A stretch of DNA of 64,000 bases from Eledone cirrhosa (GCA_964016885.1 OZ024754.1:9300001-9364000); one strand, 5' to 3'; shown: positions 1 through 11,739, counted from the stretch's first letter. Notes: generated by a model not told the origin, from the letters alone. Translations and numbers: made by a program.

Positions 1-203
1 GCCGTGGCACCTCTATGACCACTTTGCAGTGGAATGATAGGGACCCCAGTCCCTATCATCTCATTTCTACAGCTGAGTAAACTGGAGCAATGTCAAATAA
101 AGTGTCTTGCTCAAGGACACAACACATCACCCGGTCTGAGAATTGAACTCACAACCTTTCGATTGCAAGCCCAATGCTCTAACCACTAAGCCATGTGCCT
201 CCA
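1..203 (-). mobile_element. tRNA-derived SINE family A (CORE-like body), cut by window edge
   Basis: Reverse complement of TGGAGGCACATGGCTTAGTGGTTAGAGCATTG...GAGTTCAATTC (A/B boxes) and CCTTGAGCAAGACACTT; near-identical to the copies at 15222, 19527, 41085 and 50142. Confidence 0.9.
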
Positions 204-204
204 T

Positions 205-295
<91 letters not shown>

Positions 296-1384
296 TGAGA
301 GAGAAAAGAAAAGATAGTGAATAAAAAAAGAGGAAAAAAAGAGAGTAAACAGTTGAATAAATTAAGTGAATGAAATTCTTAAGTTAATGATGATTCCATA
401 ACTACATATTATAGAAAACTAGAATTAAATATTCCCAAAGTAAATTAGACTCTAGACTATGTTTTATCAGACTAATATATTTAATAAACAATGTGTGAGG
501 AAATGAAAGAAGGAGTTGAGGTGAAATATAGGAGTTATAATTGAATAAATTATATATAGTAGATTTATTAAAGATTTATTTAATAAAATAATTGAATTTT
601 ATATAAGAAATTTCTGGTAAAAACATACCTAGCATTTAGTGTTTTCAAAAATATAAGGATCAGAATTGACTTTACTAAAATTGACTTTATTATCAGTAAA
701 AATGAGACAAGATTACTATTGTGTATTGATATCTATGCTAAAATAAAAAAAAAAGACTAAATCTTAATTATGTTAATCAAAAATATAATTTAGAATTAAA
801 GAAATAACATTTATTTTAATTATTTCTCAGTAAGAATAAATATTTATTTGCAACTTAAAAGTATTGTTCAACATATATTTACTAAGAATAGAGGAATTTT
901 ATCTGGAAAAAATGTTTAATTATAGACAACTAATTATTTAGAATATTTGAATAATTATAATTTTCTAAGAGGAGGAAAACACTATTATCTATACAAGATC
1001 ATAAACCAATCTTGAAAAAAAAAAATTAAAAAGTATAAAAAATTTCTACATAAGAAGATTTTCATGTAATTTTATTCATGAAATTGTTATAAAAATTCAA
1101 AAATTAACAATTAATTTTATAATTATTACTCATGTATAAACAAGTATATACATACAAAGTAAAATTTATCCTCCCACGTTTATATAGTAATGATAATAGA
1201 ATTAATGTTTGAAAGTATTTAAAAATAGGGAATTGATTATAGAGACTGGAGAGTAATGAAGCAACCATACTTTGTTGGATGTTCAATGTAAATGACAGAA
1301 CTTGAGTGATAATTCCCCAAATGAGGAAAATTTATTATCTATGTAGGATGATAAACCATTCCAGGATAAGAATTACGAAAGTTT

Positions 1385-1830
1385 GTGGGCAGCAAATAAT
1401 AATTTCTTGTTGTCTATTCAAAATAGGTTTATGAGACATTATTATTTCCTGAACTTCAATTGAACAGAGATTACATTCACAAACATCTTCTTTGTACTGA
1501 CTGGCAGTATTAATTATAAATCAGTGTAAACTATATTCTATGCTGGAATCACATAAAACTCAAATAAATTGCACAAGTGAAGTAGTAGTGTTTTTCTTAT
1601 TTTAATTGTAAAAGATTGTAAATGTATATAGCACCATATCTTGAAAGATTTGATGTAGTTCTTATATGAAAACAGTTTCAGCTAGTTACCACAACAACTA
1701 TACATTTATACACTACATCCTCCCTCAGACAATGTTCTTTGAATGGACAATTCTCAGGGATTCTACAAGTACACTCAATATTTTCTGATCTACTAATTTT
1801 AAATATTCTAAGCACTATGTTCTCATAAAA
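1385..1830 (-). pseudogene. Decayed Penelope-like element, GIY-YIG endonuclease region
   Basis: Minus-strand translation gives CTCRIPENCPFKEHCLREDVVYKCIV, then a frameshifted IRTTSN..FK..HLQSF, then INTASQYKEDVCECNLCSIEVQEII..ILNRQQEIIICC. This matches the CxC..CP..C..VVY / YIG / CNLC..E..LNKR layout of Penelope EN. Confidence 0.75.
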
Positions 1831-1869
1831 ACAACAAACATAAAATGTTGATCCATCCATATCCAGTTT

Positions 1870-2200
1870 TGGTCTTTAGGGTGCTGCGGTTGTCCTGGAC
1901 TCCGAGGTAAGCAACACCAGGCAATGTCTCATAGCCGCTGCTCATAGTATTGACATCGGCCAAGTTCTATTTATACAAATCACTCTTCACACACTCCAAC
2001 CACGTCCTCCTTGGTCTGCCACAATCTCTAGTGCCAGGGACTGCCAAGTGAGTGATGGAGTTGATGCATGGCGTGGCTTGCTGTACATGTCTGTACCAAT
2101 GGGGACGTTGTATGTGAAAGGACAGCAGTGATGTCATCCACACCCAGCTTCTGGTGGAGCATGGTCAAAGGGGTCTCATCTTTAAATTTGGCACCAGAGT
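1870..2200 (-). mobile_element. Decayed RTE-clade LINE 3' fragment
   Basis: Translates to HWYRHVQQATPCINSITHLAVPGTRDCGRPRRTWLECVKSDL (RWYGHV...GRPRKTW motif). Confidence 0.75.
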
Positions 2201-2221
2201 TGATGAGAATGACCTATGTGT

Positions 2222-2560
2222 AAGGGTAAAGGGTAATGACCCCCTTCGGTCATGAGTGACCCCTAGGAGGTTCCCCTCTCAGGCAAAAAGTCCAGGCAAG
2301 GTTGTTTCATGGAAGACCAGCAATCACCCATGCATCCCAGTCTCTCCTCTCCACGCCACCGATATTGCTCAAAGAAAAGGCAAAGGCAGATACAACTAGG
2401 CACCAGTGATATTGCAGTTCATTTCTACAGCTGAGTGAACTGGAGTAACGTGAAATAAAGTGTCTTGTTCAAGAACACAATGCAAAGCCTGGTCCGAGAA
2501 TCAAACTCACAACCTCATGATTATAACCCCGATGCTCGAACCACTATCCATGCGTCTTCA
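2222..2560 (-). mobile_element. Older SINE with family A head/CORE and a different tail
   Basis: TTTCTACAGCTGAGTGAACTGGAG...AAATAAAGTGTCTTG is shared with SINE A; the 3' half is unrelated. Confidence 0.7.
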
Positions 2561-2563
2561 TGG

Positions 2564-2647
<84 letters not shown>

Positions 2648-2770
2648 GGAGGTGAGTTTTATTGTAGTACAATAAAGCAATGCAGATATCGGATAAGAAG
2701 CACTCTACAGTTTGTAGGACTGGAGTATACATAATATATAAGATCAAAAGATGGTTAAATGAGTTCCATG

Positions 2771-2841
2771 TATTTTATTATGCGCATTTCAAAAACAAAT
2801 ATCATCATGCAATAACATATGTGTTTTCATCAGATAAAATA
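2771..2841 (-). ncRNA. Type I minimal hammerhead ribozyme
   Basis: TATTTTAT-CTGATGA-stem II-GAAA-TGCGCA-TA^-ATAAAATA; 8-bp stem I, palindromic stem III. Confidence 0.8.
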
Positions 2842-2947
2842 GGAGGACATGATATGAAGGTTAAAAACACTTGTGGATAGTGCAGTTATATGTTGATTTA
2901 AAACTGCACTATCCACAAGTGTTTTTAACCTTCATATCATATCCTCC

Positions 2948-3018
2948 TATTTTATCTGATGAAAACATAAATGTTATTGCATGATGATATTTGCTTTTGA
3001 AATGCGAATAATAAAATA
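2948..3018 (+). ncRNA. Type I minimal hammerhead ribozyme (mirror copy)
   Basis: TATTTTAT-CTGATGA-stem II-GAAA-TGCGAA-TA^-ATAAAATA. Confidence 0.75.
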
Positions 3019-3048
3019 CATGGAACTCATTTAACCATCTTTTGATCT

Positions 3049-3098
<50 letters not shown>

Positions 3099-3167
3099 TA
3101 TGAAGAGAGAAGAAACATTTAGATATAATTAGTAATAAAATGTATCATACCTAAACTGTTCCTAAAT

Positions 3168-3255
3168 TCCTCGACTACGTAGTTTCGTGGCATAAACAAA
3201 AAGAATATATCAAAGATATAGAGTCCTTGCGAGGTCTGCCGACTTATCAAGAGGA
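3168..3255 (-). ncRNA. Hammerhead ribozyme with U3/A8 core variant
   Basis: TCCTC-TTGATAA-GTCGGC...GCCAC-GAAA-CTACGTAG-TC^-GAGGA; palindromic stem III, GUC cleavage triplet. Confidence 0.6.
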
Positions 3256-3598
3256 TACCTCATTCTACTAGTCTCAAGAACGCGTCTACACGACGTGAGA
3301 AAGAATCCCAAAAGGCGGAGGGGGAGATAGTCACGCGATATAACGGTCGAGAAACAGAGCTAAGCCTCTTATAACCACGAAGAAAATACCACGGAGGCGG
3401 AGGGGGTATTCATATCGAGGCCGTAGAAGAGGTAGTGAAGAAGGCGAGAAGTATGAGTAATGGAAGCTTTCCAGTTGTCCCCACACTTCAAAGATTGCTC
3501 GACCAGAGGGAGTTATTAATATATTAAGAAACACACAGATACATGCGGACACACACATATATACACACATATATACACACATATATATATATATATAT

Positions 3599-3793
3599 CC
3601 CAGTGGAAGGAAGATGCAGTAGAGAAAGACCTAAAAAATCATGGGCAGAGGTGGTGAGAGCTGACCTCAGATCGCTGAAGCTCACAGAGGAGATGACAAA
3701 GGACTGAGACGAATGGAGAGATGTTGTGCTGAAGAGGACCCGTCCCACCCTTGCAAGCAGGGAAAAACGGATTGATGATGATGATGATGATGA
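3599..3793 (+). mobile_element. RTE-clade LINE 3' end with (GAT)n tail
   Basis: PVEGRCSRERPKKSWAEVVRADLRSLKLT..., then CCCGTCCCACCCTTGCAAGCAGGG and (GAT)n; same family as 34540-35142. Confidence 0.85.
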
Positions 3794-4125
3794 TATATAT
3801 ATATATATATAAAAGGGTATAGACATACATATTGATAGATAAATAGACAGACAAATAGCTAGATATACTACCAAGATATACTACATTGATACAATTCTGA
3901 TAACATTGGCATAGAAATGTTATATTATAAAACACAACTTGTGATAAGATACCATACAGACTTCTAGGTTGTGTCTATAACTAAACTATAAGTACTCTTG
4001 TATAGAAAGAAACCTTACTTTACTCATTCAAGAATCTAATAAAAACAGCAAAACCGAAAACAAAAGATAAATATATATTTTTTTAAAAAGACTGCAGTTG
4101 CATTTTCGATTTCATCTTTTTTCCT

Positions 4126-4201
<76 letters not shown>

Positions 4202-4214
4202 AATATATATATAC

Positions 4215-4268
<54 letters not shown>

Positions 4269-4350
4269 GTAAATATAAATATATATATATATATATATAT
4301 TAGAATTGGTGCTCTGATATACATTTATTTATATATATATATATATATAC

Positions 4351-4384
<34 letters not shown>

Positions 4385-4439
4385 CCACACTATCATATAC
4401 ATACACACATATATACATATGCATATCACTATCACACAT

Positions 4440-4494
<55 letters not shown>

Positions 4495-4731
4495 TAATTA
4501 TACAAATAATTCAAAACACACCATTTCTATTTCCTGCTTTCTTCAACAGTACTTCAAACAACACAACTTGGTATTCTCTTGTAGTAGAGATGGAATCATA
4601 TATCGTAGAATATGTCTACATCTCTTCAGGGATGAAATATAATATATTATATAATAAATCAAGATTTAACTTAATTTCAACTGGTGGAAGAAATGCCAGA
4701 ACCATTTTTATCTTCTTTCTTGTATATGTGA

Positions 4732-4769
<38 letters not shown>

Positions 4770-4773
<4 letters not shown>

Positions 4774-4872
4774 TGGCTGTTCCTCCAGAAGAATGTATAC
4801 ACACTTTGATTACCTGTACAGGCAATATTTATTAGAATGCTGTTGAAGTGTGTATACATTTTTTGGGACACC

Positions 4873-4877
<5 letters not shown>
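4770..4877. mobile_element. Tc1/mariner-type MITE (~105 bp)
   Basis: TIR related to CAGGGTGTCCCAAAAAATGTATACACACTT, in a TA context; second copy at 15697-15802. Confidence 0.75.
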
Positions 4878-4909
<32 letters not shown>

Positions 4910-4914
4910 CATAC

Positions 4915-4949
<35 letters not shown>

Positions 4950-4960
4950 CATATATATAC

Positions 4961-5010
<50 letters not shown>

Positions 5011-5066
5011 TGCCCCCTCGTTATCGAGTATGGCCATTGCACAATAAAAAAAAAAAAAAAAAAAAA

Positions 5067-5126
<60 letters not shown>

Positions 5127-5145
5127 TAATAATAATAATAATAAT

Positions 5146-5329
5146 TGTTTCTACTTTAGGCACAAGGCCACCAATTACCCAGTGCATTACTGGTACTTTA
5201 TTTTATCGACCCCGTAAGGATGAAAGGCAAAGTCAACCTCGGCGGGATTTGAACTCAGATCGTAAAGGGACGTAACTATGCTGGAAAGCATGGCGTCCGA
5301 CCCTCTACCGATACTGCCAATCCACTGCC
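5146..5329 (-). mobile_element. tRNA-derived SINE family B (Meta/Nin-like central domain) in (AAT)n
   Basis: Reverse complement GGATTGGCAGTATCGGTAGA...GAGTTCAAATCCCGCCGAGGTTGACTTTGCCTTTCATCCTTACGGGGTCGATAAAATAAAGTACCAG; more than 12 copies in the window. Confidence 0.9.
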
Positions 5330-5364
<35 letters not shown>

Positions 5365-5385
5365 TAATAATAATAATAATAAATA

Positions 5386-5418
<33 letters not shown>

Positions 5419-5450
5419 GAAAAAAAAAAAAAAAAAAAAAAAGGGAAAAG

Positions 5451-5483
<33 letters not shown>

Positions 5484-5710
5484 TATACACATATATATAC
5501 ATACACATATATATACACACACACATACATACACATACATACATATATACACACACATACATACACATACACTCACACATATATACACACATACATTAAT
5601 AACAATAATAATAATAATAATAATAATAATAGCAATAATATTAATAACGACAACAACAACAATAATATACATATTCATATATATATACACACACACGCAC
5701 GCACATAAGC

Positions 5711-5748
<38 letters not shown>

Positions 5749-5756
5749 GATAGCAA

Positions 5757-6140
5757 CTAACAGTGCTGCGATCGAATGTGGCTTTTTAGCCCAGCCAATG
5801 ATCTAAAATGTCTTGCACAGAGTCGGCAACCAAAACATTTACTGGGAATAGTCGGCTGTGGTTGGAGTTCGTGTACTTTTGCATGTCGCTTGAGTCCTCC
5901 TGCTGATTTACATTCTCTACCACATGTTTGGCAAGCATGATGAGTAGCATCTCCAACAGCAGCCTGGTAGTCAACCACTGGTCTTACTTTATGACTGCGA
6001 AGATGACTTTCGAGTCCAGCTTTGCTTAGGCAGAGTCTCGCACAGACGCTGCATGTCAGAAACATAGGAGGACCCTCGCCGTCTGGAAGTGCAACAGCAA
6101 TACCCTTCCTCACGTCCCGCTTTACTTTCTCGTGTGCGAT
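5757..6140 (-). CDS. In-frame C-terminal continuation of the RTE ORF with three C2H2 zinc fingers (after a premature TGA)
   Basis: CSVC..HLRSH, CQTC..HAKVH, CRLC..HIRSQH; same frame as the main ORF: FEAS*IAHEKVKRDVRK. Confidence 0.8.
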   Translation of the reverse strand: MAHEKVKRDVRKGIAVALPDGEGPPMFLTCSVCARLCLSKAGLESHLRSHKVRPVVDYQAAVGDATHHACQTCGRECKSAGGLKRHAKVHELQPQPTIPSKCFGCRLCARHFRSLAGLKSHIRSQHC

Positions 6141-9100
6141 TCAAGATGCCTCAAAGGCAACTTTTCCCTCATATACAGTCTTTCTCCATTTATTACGATC
6201 AGCAGCAATATTTTCCCATGTATCAGCAGAGATGTTAGCGTCTTTCAGAGAGGCCTTCAAGGAATCCTTATACCTCTTTTTTGGTTTATGTGGCGGTCGT
6301 TTTCCTTTAACCAACTCTCCATAGAAGAGTTGTTTTGGTATTCTAGAATCCTTCATCCTGGCAAGGTGACCACTCCAACGGAGTCGCTGCTTAAGCACAA
6401 GAGCTTCTATACTGTCACACATAGAGCTTTCCAAAATCTCGACATCACTGATGTGGTCCCTCCAGCGAACGCCATGTATCCGTCTGAGACACATCTGATG
6501 GAAACGCTCCAATTGCCTAAGGTGGCGTCGATATGTGACCCAGGTCTCGCAGGCATAAAGAAGACAAGAGAGTACACATGCCCTGTACACCCTTACCTTT
6601 GTCCTCCTGCATATGTCTCGCCGACCCCAGAGTCGCCTTTCTAGCTTTCCGAAAGCATCACTTGCTTTCCTAATCCTAAGTGAGATTTCACTGTCAAGGT
6701 TGCCGTATCGATTGACAGTGCTTCCCAGGTAGACAAACTGATCAACCACTCCAAGTCGTCTGCCATACACATAGATGTTTGGTTCAGTGTACTGCCTACC
6801 AGGTGCAGGTTGGTACATGACGACGGTTTTCTTGAGACTGACAGTCAAACCCAGGGCAGTGCAAGCGTCAGAAAATACATTCAAAATGTGCTGCATATCA
6901 CTCTCTGTGTGCGCTACAAGATCGCAATCATCTGCATACAAGAGGTCTCTTATGACTGATGTAAATACCTTTGTCTTCGCAGCAAAGCGCCTGATGTTAA
7001 ATATGCTGCCTGAGGTTCGATATCGGATGTAAACACCATGCTCGCAATTCCTGAATGCAACACAGAAAACCATTGCAAAGTATATGGCAAACAGGGTCGG
7101 TGCTGGAATATCCCCCTGTTTCACTCCATTTTTTACTGAGATAGGCTCCGACATGTTACCTCCGACATTAACCCAAGCCTTCATGTCGTCATGGAAAGAC
7201 CTAACTAAAGCAAGGAACTTATCAGGGCAACCAAGTTTCTGGAGAATCTTCCATAATGCATCTCTGTTGACAGTATCGAAAGCCTTTGTCAGATCGACAA
7301 AAACCTGATACAGATCCAAGCCCTGTTCAATGCACTTCTCCTGGAGCTGTCTAGCTGAGAAGATCATATCAGTAGTGCCGCGTCCAACACGAAAACCAGA
7401 TTGACTTTCAGGAAGGACACAATCTGCAATGTGTGTCAGCAGACGGTCCAGAAGCACCCTACATAAAACTTTCCCCACGACAGAAAGCAATGATATACCT
7501 CTGTAGTTCCCACAATCATTCCTGTTACCCTTTCCCTTGTACAAGACCACCATTACTGCATCTCTCCAGTCCTCAGGCACGGATTCATTAGCCCATATCC
7601 TTCCAAACAGAGAGTGAAGATGTTGCAGGAGTCTCTCACCACCATATTGTAGGAGCTCAGCATGTATGCCATCCATACCTGGAGATCTTCCACTGTTCAG
7701 CTTCGAAATAGCCACTGCAACCTCCACAAGTGTCGGAGGTTCTGCGAGAGCTACTTTCACAGGACTTTCCGGAATGAGATTGAGGAAATCTTCACTGACG
7801 ACAGACGGCTGATTCAAAAGATCATCAAAGTGCTCTCGCCACCTTCGTAGAATTCCCTGTGAGTCACGAAGAAGTTCTTTGCCATCCCTGCTGCGAATCG
7901 GTGTCACCAGAGAAGAAGACGGTCCATAAACCCCACGCAAGAGACTGTACAACAGCTTTGTGTTATTGCAATCAGACGCAGTTTGTATCTCACCAGCCTT
8001 CTCACTCCACCACTGATCCTTCATCTGAGAAAGACTCTGCCTAACACGTGATTTTACATCCCTGAGCTCCTCATGCAACGTATTCCTCTCCTGTGGTTTT
8101 GCCGTCAAGTAGCGTGACAGAGCACGCCTCTTATCAGCCAACAAGTCTTCTATATGTACATCATTCTCATCAAACCAGTCCTGATGTTTTCTCTGCACCA
8201 ATCCCAGAACACGCCTGCCTACATCATAAACCGACTTTTTAAGGGTCGGCCAATCCTCACCAAGATCTGCAGCCTGCATCTCTTCTTCCAATGTCCTCTT
8301 CACATTTTTATCCTTAAGACGAGCAGCATTCAATCTTTTGGGCAGGGTAACACCAGGAGCCCGGATTTTACGTTTGGTGATTAGATTCACTTTTGCGCGC
8401 ACCAGGCGGTGGTCCGTCCAGCACTCAGCTCCACGAAGAACACGAACACACTGCACATCCTGTCTGTCACGCATCCTGACTAGGACGTAGTCCAAAAGAT
8501 GCCATTCCTTAGATGCAGGATGCATCCATGTGGTCTTGAATTTGTTCTTTTGTTGGAACATGGTGTTGGTAACACACAGATCCAGCTCCTCACACATCTG
8601 CAGCAAGAGCATACCATTGCTGTTACACTTTCCCACCCCATGCCTTCCGATTACATTCCATGTGTTAAAATCCCTACCCACTCTAGCATTAAAGTCACCA
8701 AGCACGATGACTTTGTCTGCCTGAGGGATATTTCTTAAAACACCTTTCAAGGCATGGTAAAAGGACAGTTTTTCTTCATCGACAGAATTCATAGTTGGAG
8801 CATACACACTCACCAGGGTAGCATATCTTCCCTTGTCCAGCGGAACTCTCATGGACATAAGACGCTCACTAATCCCCACTGGGAATTCTTCTAATTTATT
8901 CACCAGTACAGTCTTAACAGCAAATCCCACCCCAGCCTCTCTTCTGGTTCCTTCATCTCTTCCTTTCCAGAAGAATGTATATTCTCCACAAAATTCCGCA
9001 AGATGACCATCTCCAGCTAACCTCGTCTCAGACAAAGCCACGATGTCAAGATCGTAACGTCGAAGCTCCTTCGCAACAAGAGCGGTCCTTCGTTCAGGAC

Positions 9101-9233
9101 GCTCCAAAGAATCCCCGTCAAGCAGCGTCCGTACGTTCCAGCAGCCAAGACTAAATGCCCTGTTTGGCTCTATTACAATGGCACGATGACGGGCGGGCCC
9201 AGGTTGTGATAACTTGGGGCCCCTGCCCTTTAA
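6141..9233 (-). CDS. RTE LINE ORF: APE endonuclease + reverse transcriptase (no ATG, slightly 5'-truncated)
   Basis: [35 protein letters not shown] (APE); [41 protein letters not shown] (RT). The ORF-track N-terminus beyond 9233 is microsatellite. Confidence 0.95.
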   Translation of the reverse strand, partial: LKGRGPKLSQPGPARHRAIVIEPNRAFSLGCWNVRTLLDGDSLERPERRTALVAKELRRYDLDIVALSETRLAGDGHLAEFCGEYTFFWKGRDEGTRREAGVGFAVKTVLVNKLEEFPVGISERLMSMRVPLDKGRYATLVSVYAPTMNSVDEEKLSFYHALKGVLRNIPQADKVIVLGDFNARVGRDFNTWNVIGRHGVGKCNSNGMLLLQMCEELDLCVTNTMFQQKNKFKTTWMHPASKEWHLLDYVLVRMRDRQDVQCVRVLRGAECWTDHRLVRAKVNLITKRKIRAPGVTLPKRLNAARLKDKNVKRTLEEEMQAADLGEDWPTLKKSVYDVGRRVLGLVQRKHQDWFDENDVHIEDLLADKRRALSRYLTAKPQERNTLHEELRDVKSRVRQSLSQMKDQWWSEKAGEIQTASDCNNTKLLYSLLRGVYGPSSSLVTPIRSRDGKELLRDSQGILRRWREHFDDLLNQPSVVSEDFLNLIPESPVKVALAEPPTLVEVAVAISKLNSGRSPGMDGIHAELLQYGGERLLQHLHSLFGRIWANESVPEDWRDAVMVVLYKGKGNRNDCGNYRGISLLSVVGKVLCRVLLDRLLTHIADCVLPESQSGFRVGRGTTDMIFSARQLQEKCIEQGLDLYQVFVDLTKAFDTVNRDALWKILQKLGCPDKFLALVRSFHDDMKAWVNVGGNMSEPISVKNGVKQGDIPAPTLFAIYFAMVFCVAFRNCEHGVYIRYRTSGSIFNIRRFAAKTKVFTSVIRDLLYADDCDLVAHTESDMQHILNVFSDACTALGLTVSLKKTVVMYQPAPGRQYTEPNIYVYGRRLGVVDQFVYLGSTVNRYGNLDSEISLRIRKASDAFGKLERRLWGRRDICRRTKVRVYRACVLSCLLYACETWVTYRRHLRQLERFHQMCLRRIHGVRWRDHISDVEILESSMCDSIEALVLKQRLRWSGHLARMKDSRIPKQLFYGELVKGKRPPHKPKKRYKDSLKASLKDANISADTWENIAADRNKWRKTVYEGKVAFEAS

Positions 9234-9284
9234 TATATATATATATATATATACATACATACATATATACATACATATATATAC

Positions 9285-9349
<65 letters not shown>

Positions 9350-9358
9350 CATACATAT

Positions 9359-9413
<55 letters not shown>

Positions 9414-9442
9414 TACATACATATATATACATATACACATAC

Positions 9443-9477
<35 letters not shown>

Positions 9478-9598
9478 CACATACATACATATATACATAT
9501 ATATAAACATACATACATATATACATATATATAAACATACATACATATATACATATATATAAACATACATACATATATACACATATATATATATATAT

Positions 9599-9990
9599 GT
9601 TATCACAGAAAAAAAGAGAATCAGCGTTGCGACGAATGGAATTTATTGGACATATTACAATCGTATCTTTGGTGACCAGCTCGAGGCACGATCGGTGTGA
9701 TGATCGAACCTGACTCTGAAAATTGCAAGGTCCTCAGTCTTGATTCTACAGAGCAGATTTTCCTATAGATTTTCATAGAATCAAGACGTATCTGAGGACC
9801 TTGCGATTTTCAGAGTCAGGTTCAATCATCACATCGTTCGTGCCTTGAGCTGGCCGGCACAGAAACGATTGTAATATGTCCAATAAATTCCATTCGTCGC
9901 ACCACTCATTCTCTTTTTTTCTGTGATAACATACTCTGCTCTATGAGAGCATCGAGTGCTCATACGGCCTACCGCATACAAACACTTTAA
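9599..9990. mobile_element. Fold-back element (arms ~9599-9750 / 9776-9930 plus right tail) with hammerhead-like motif
   Basis: GTTATCACAGAAAAAAAGAGAAT...ATTCTCTTTTTTTCTGTGATAAC inverted arms; GACGTAT-CTGAGGA...GAAA-CGATTG-TA-ATATGTC at 9785-9880. Confidence 0.8.
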
Positions 9991-10518
9991 GCATCCAACA
10001 TCAATTACATATATATAAGCATCCAACATCAATTACATATATATAACAAAAAAGAAAATTTCAATGATACGAAAGATTTCCTGGTGGAAGTTCAGGTGTA
10101 CTCCAGGTTGGTATCCAGTTTCAGGGTAAAAATCCAATTAGAAAATCCAACGAATTTTGAGAGGTCCACGTAAGCGTTGATATATATATATATATATATA
10201 TATAGGAGGGTGACAGCAAGCATGACTTGGCAAGCTATTTAGAACACTGGTTTAACCACTTCACTTCCCTCCGAAGAAGAGATATTATCTCGAAAATTAA
10301 GGACATTTAAATAAATCTAAGGTAAAAGACTAATTGTCAACAATAACTTTTGCATTTGCATTCTTTATTCTATGTCCATACCTGCATTGTTTTGGCTTTA
10401 TTATACATATACAAACGTTTATATATATATATGTAAAAGGTAAACAGAAATAACATGTATATATACAGGTCCATGTATGTATATATACTTGTATATATGT
10501 GTGCATATATACATGTCC

Positions 10519-10587
<69 letters not shown>

Positions 10588-10589
<2 letters not shown>

Positions 10590-11170
10590 AAAGTGCAGGG
10601 CGATCAAAATTGATGGTAGTTACGGAGTAGGTAGACCCAGAAAATCCTGGGACGATCTGATAAATTCCGACCTTACACACTTGCACCTCTCTAAAACAAT
10701 GTCACTGGACCGAGGTCTTTGGCGCTACGCAGTAATACAGAAGACCCATCTTGCCTATGTACAAAGCGAAACCTACAGTCAGTAGGCACCTCTTAACCAA
10801 ATATACACCCCAATCCACTACCCCTACCCTATCCTCCCACTCCCACCAACACCACCCTCTCTCTATAAAGTTGGTACCACAACAACCAGTCCAAATAAAT
10901 GAGATAATGAGATCGAGATCGTGTAGGTGTCACGAGAAAAAAACACACAGTCCACGCTGTAATGTGGCCGTGTAGGTAACACGGTAAAAGGCTCCCAGTC
11001 CACACTCTAAACGTGGTTGGTGTTAGGAAGGGCATCCAGCCGTAGAAAACCTGCCAGATAGTCCTATATGAGCGAGACACGGTCACTCGACCAGCCTTGC
11101 CTCAAGTGGGACAACTCCCGTCTAACCCATGCTAGCGTGGAAGATGGACGTTAAACGAAGATGATGATGA
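10588..11170 (+). mobile_element. RTE-clade LINE 3' fragment + long 3' UTR (same family as 47807-49641)
   Basis: [27 protein letters not shown]...; UTR aligns with 49250-49640; (GAT)n tail. Confidence 0.9.
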
Positions 11171-11453
11171 TATATGTCTATACATACATGTCAATGTGTG
11201 TGTATATATATATACCTGTATATACATGTGTGTGTGTATATATACCTGTATATATATATATACATGTGTATATATATATATAAATATGTGTATATATATA
11301 TATACATGTTCATGTGTGTGTATATATACCTGTATATATATATATATGTGTATATATAAATATATATATGTGTATATATATATATACATGTTCATGTGTG
11401 TGTGTATATATACCTGTATATATATATATATACCTGTATATATATATATATAC

Positions 11454-11517
<64 letters not shown>

Positions 11518-11739
11518 CTGTATATATACATGTTCATGTTTCAAGATTTATTATTTACTCTTTTTGTTGTTTTATTGTTTTTATTGTTGTTGTTATTTGT
11601 TTTAACTTTTGTTTTTTATTTTATTTGTTTTATGAGTCTTTTTACTTTTTCCTCTGATTGGAATTCTAATGGGGTTACCATTGACTACCATGTTGATGTA
11701 GGGCCATCACATGTCTTGTCGTCATTATCATCATTGTCA

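Larger units (their letters stand above)
2645..3058. mobile_element. Fold-back element: ~157-bp inverted arms plus ~85-bp left extension, Penelope pLTR-like
   Basis: 2731-2887 is the reverse complement of about 2902-3058 with few mismatches; flanked by (TA)n. Confidence 0.85.
5003..9233 (-). mobile_element. Near full-length RTE/BovB-type LINE; putative 3' terminus at 5003-5045 displaced by microsatellites and a SINE
   Basis: EN + RT ORF and C2H2 tail; GCCATACTCGATAACGAGGGG(G)CAGCCATCAT at 5003-5040 resembles an RTE 3' stem-loop (inference). Confidence 0.85.

Noticed and set aside
4580-4640. CTGAAGA plus hairpin on the minus strand as a hammerhead
   Set aside because: No correctly placed GAAA and no stem I partner
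4112-5696. Many YIYI/CVCV ORFs (also 9151-9606, 11132-11657, 34041-34510, 61294-61987)
   Set aside because: Translations of (TA)n/(CA)n microsatellites
6022-8738. Plus-strand ORFs overlapping the RTE
   Set aside because: Antisense shadows of the LINE ORF
10265-10305. CCGAAGA-AGAGAT/ATCTC-GAAA hammerhead-like motif
   Set aside because: Core mutated at U4 and stem I only ~3 bp; at best a dead relic
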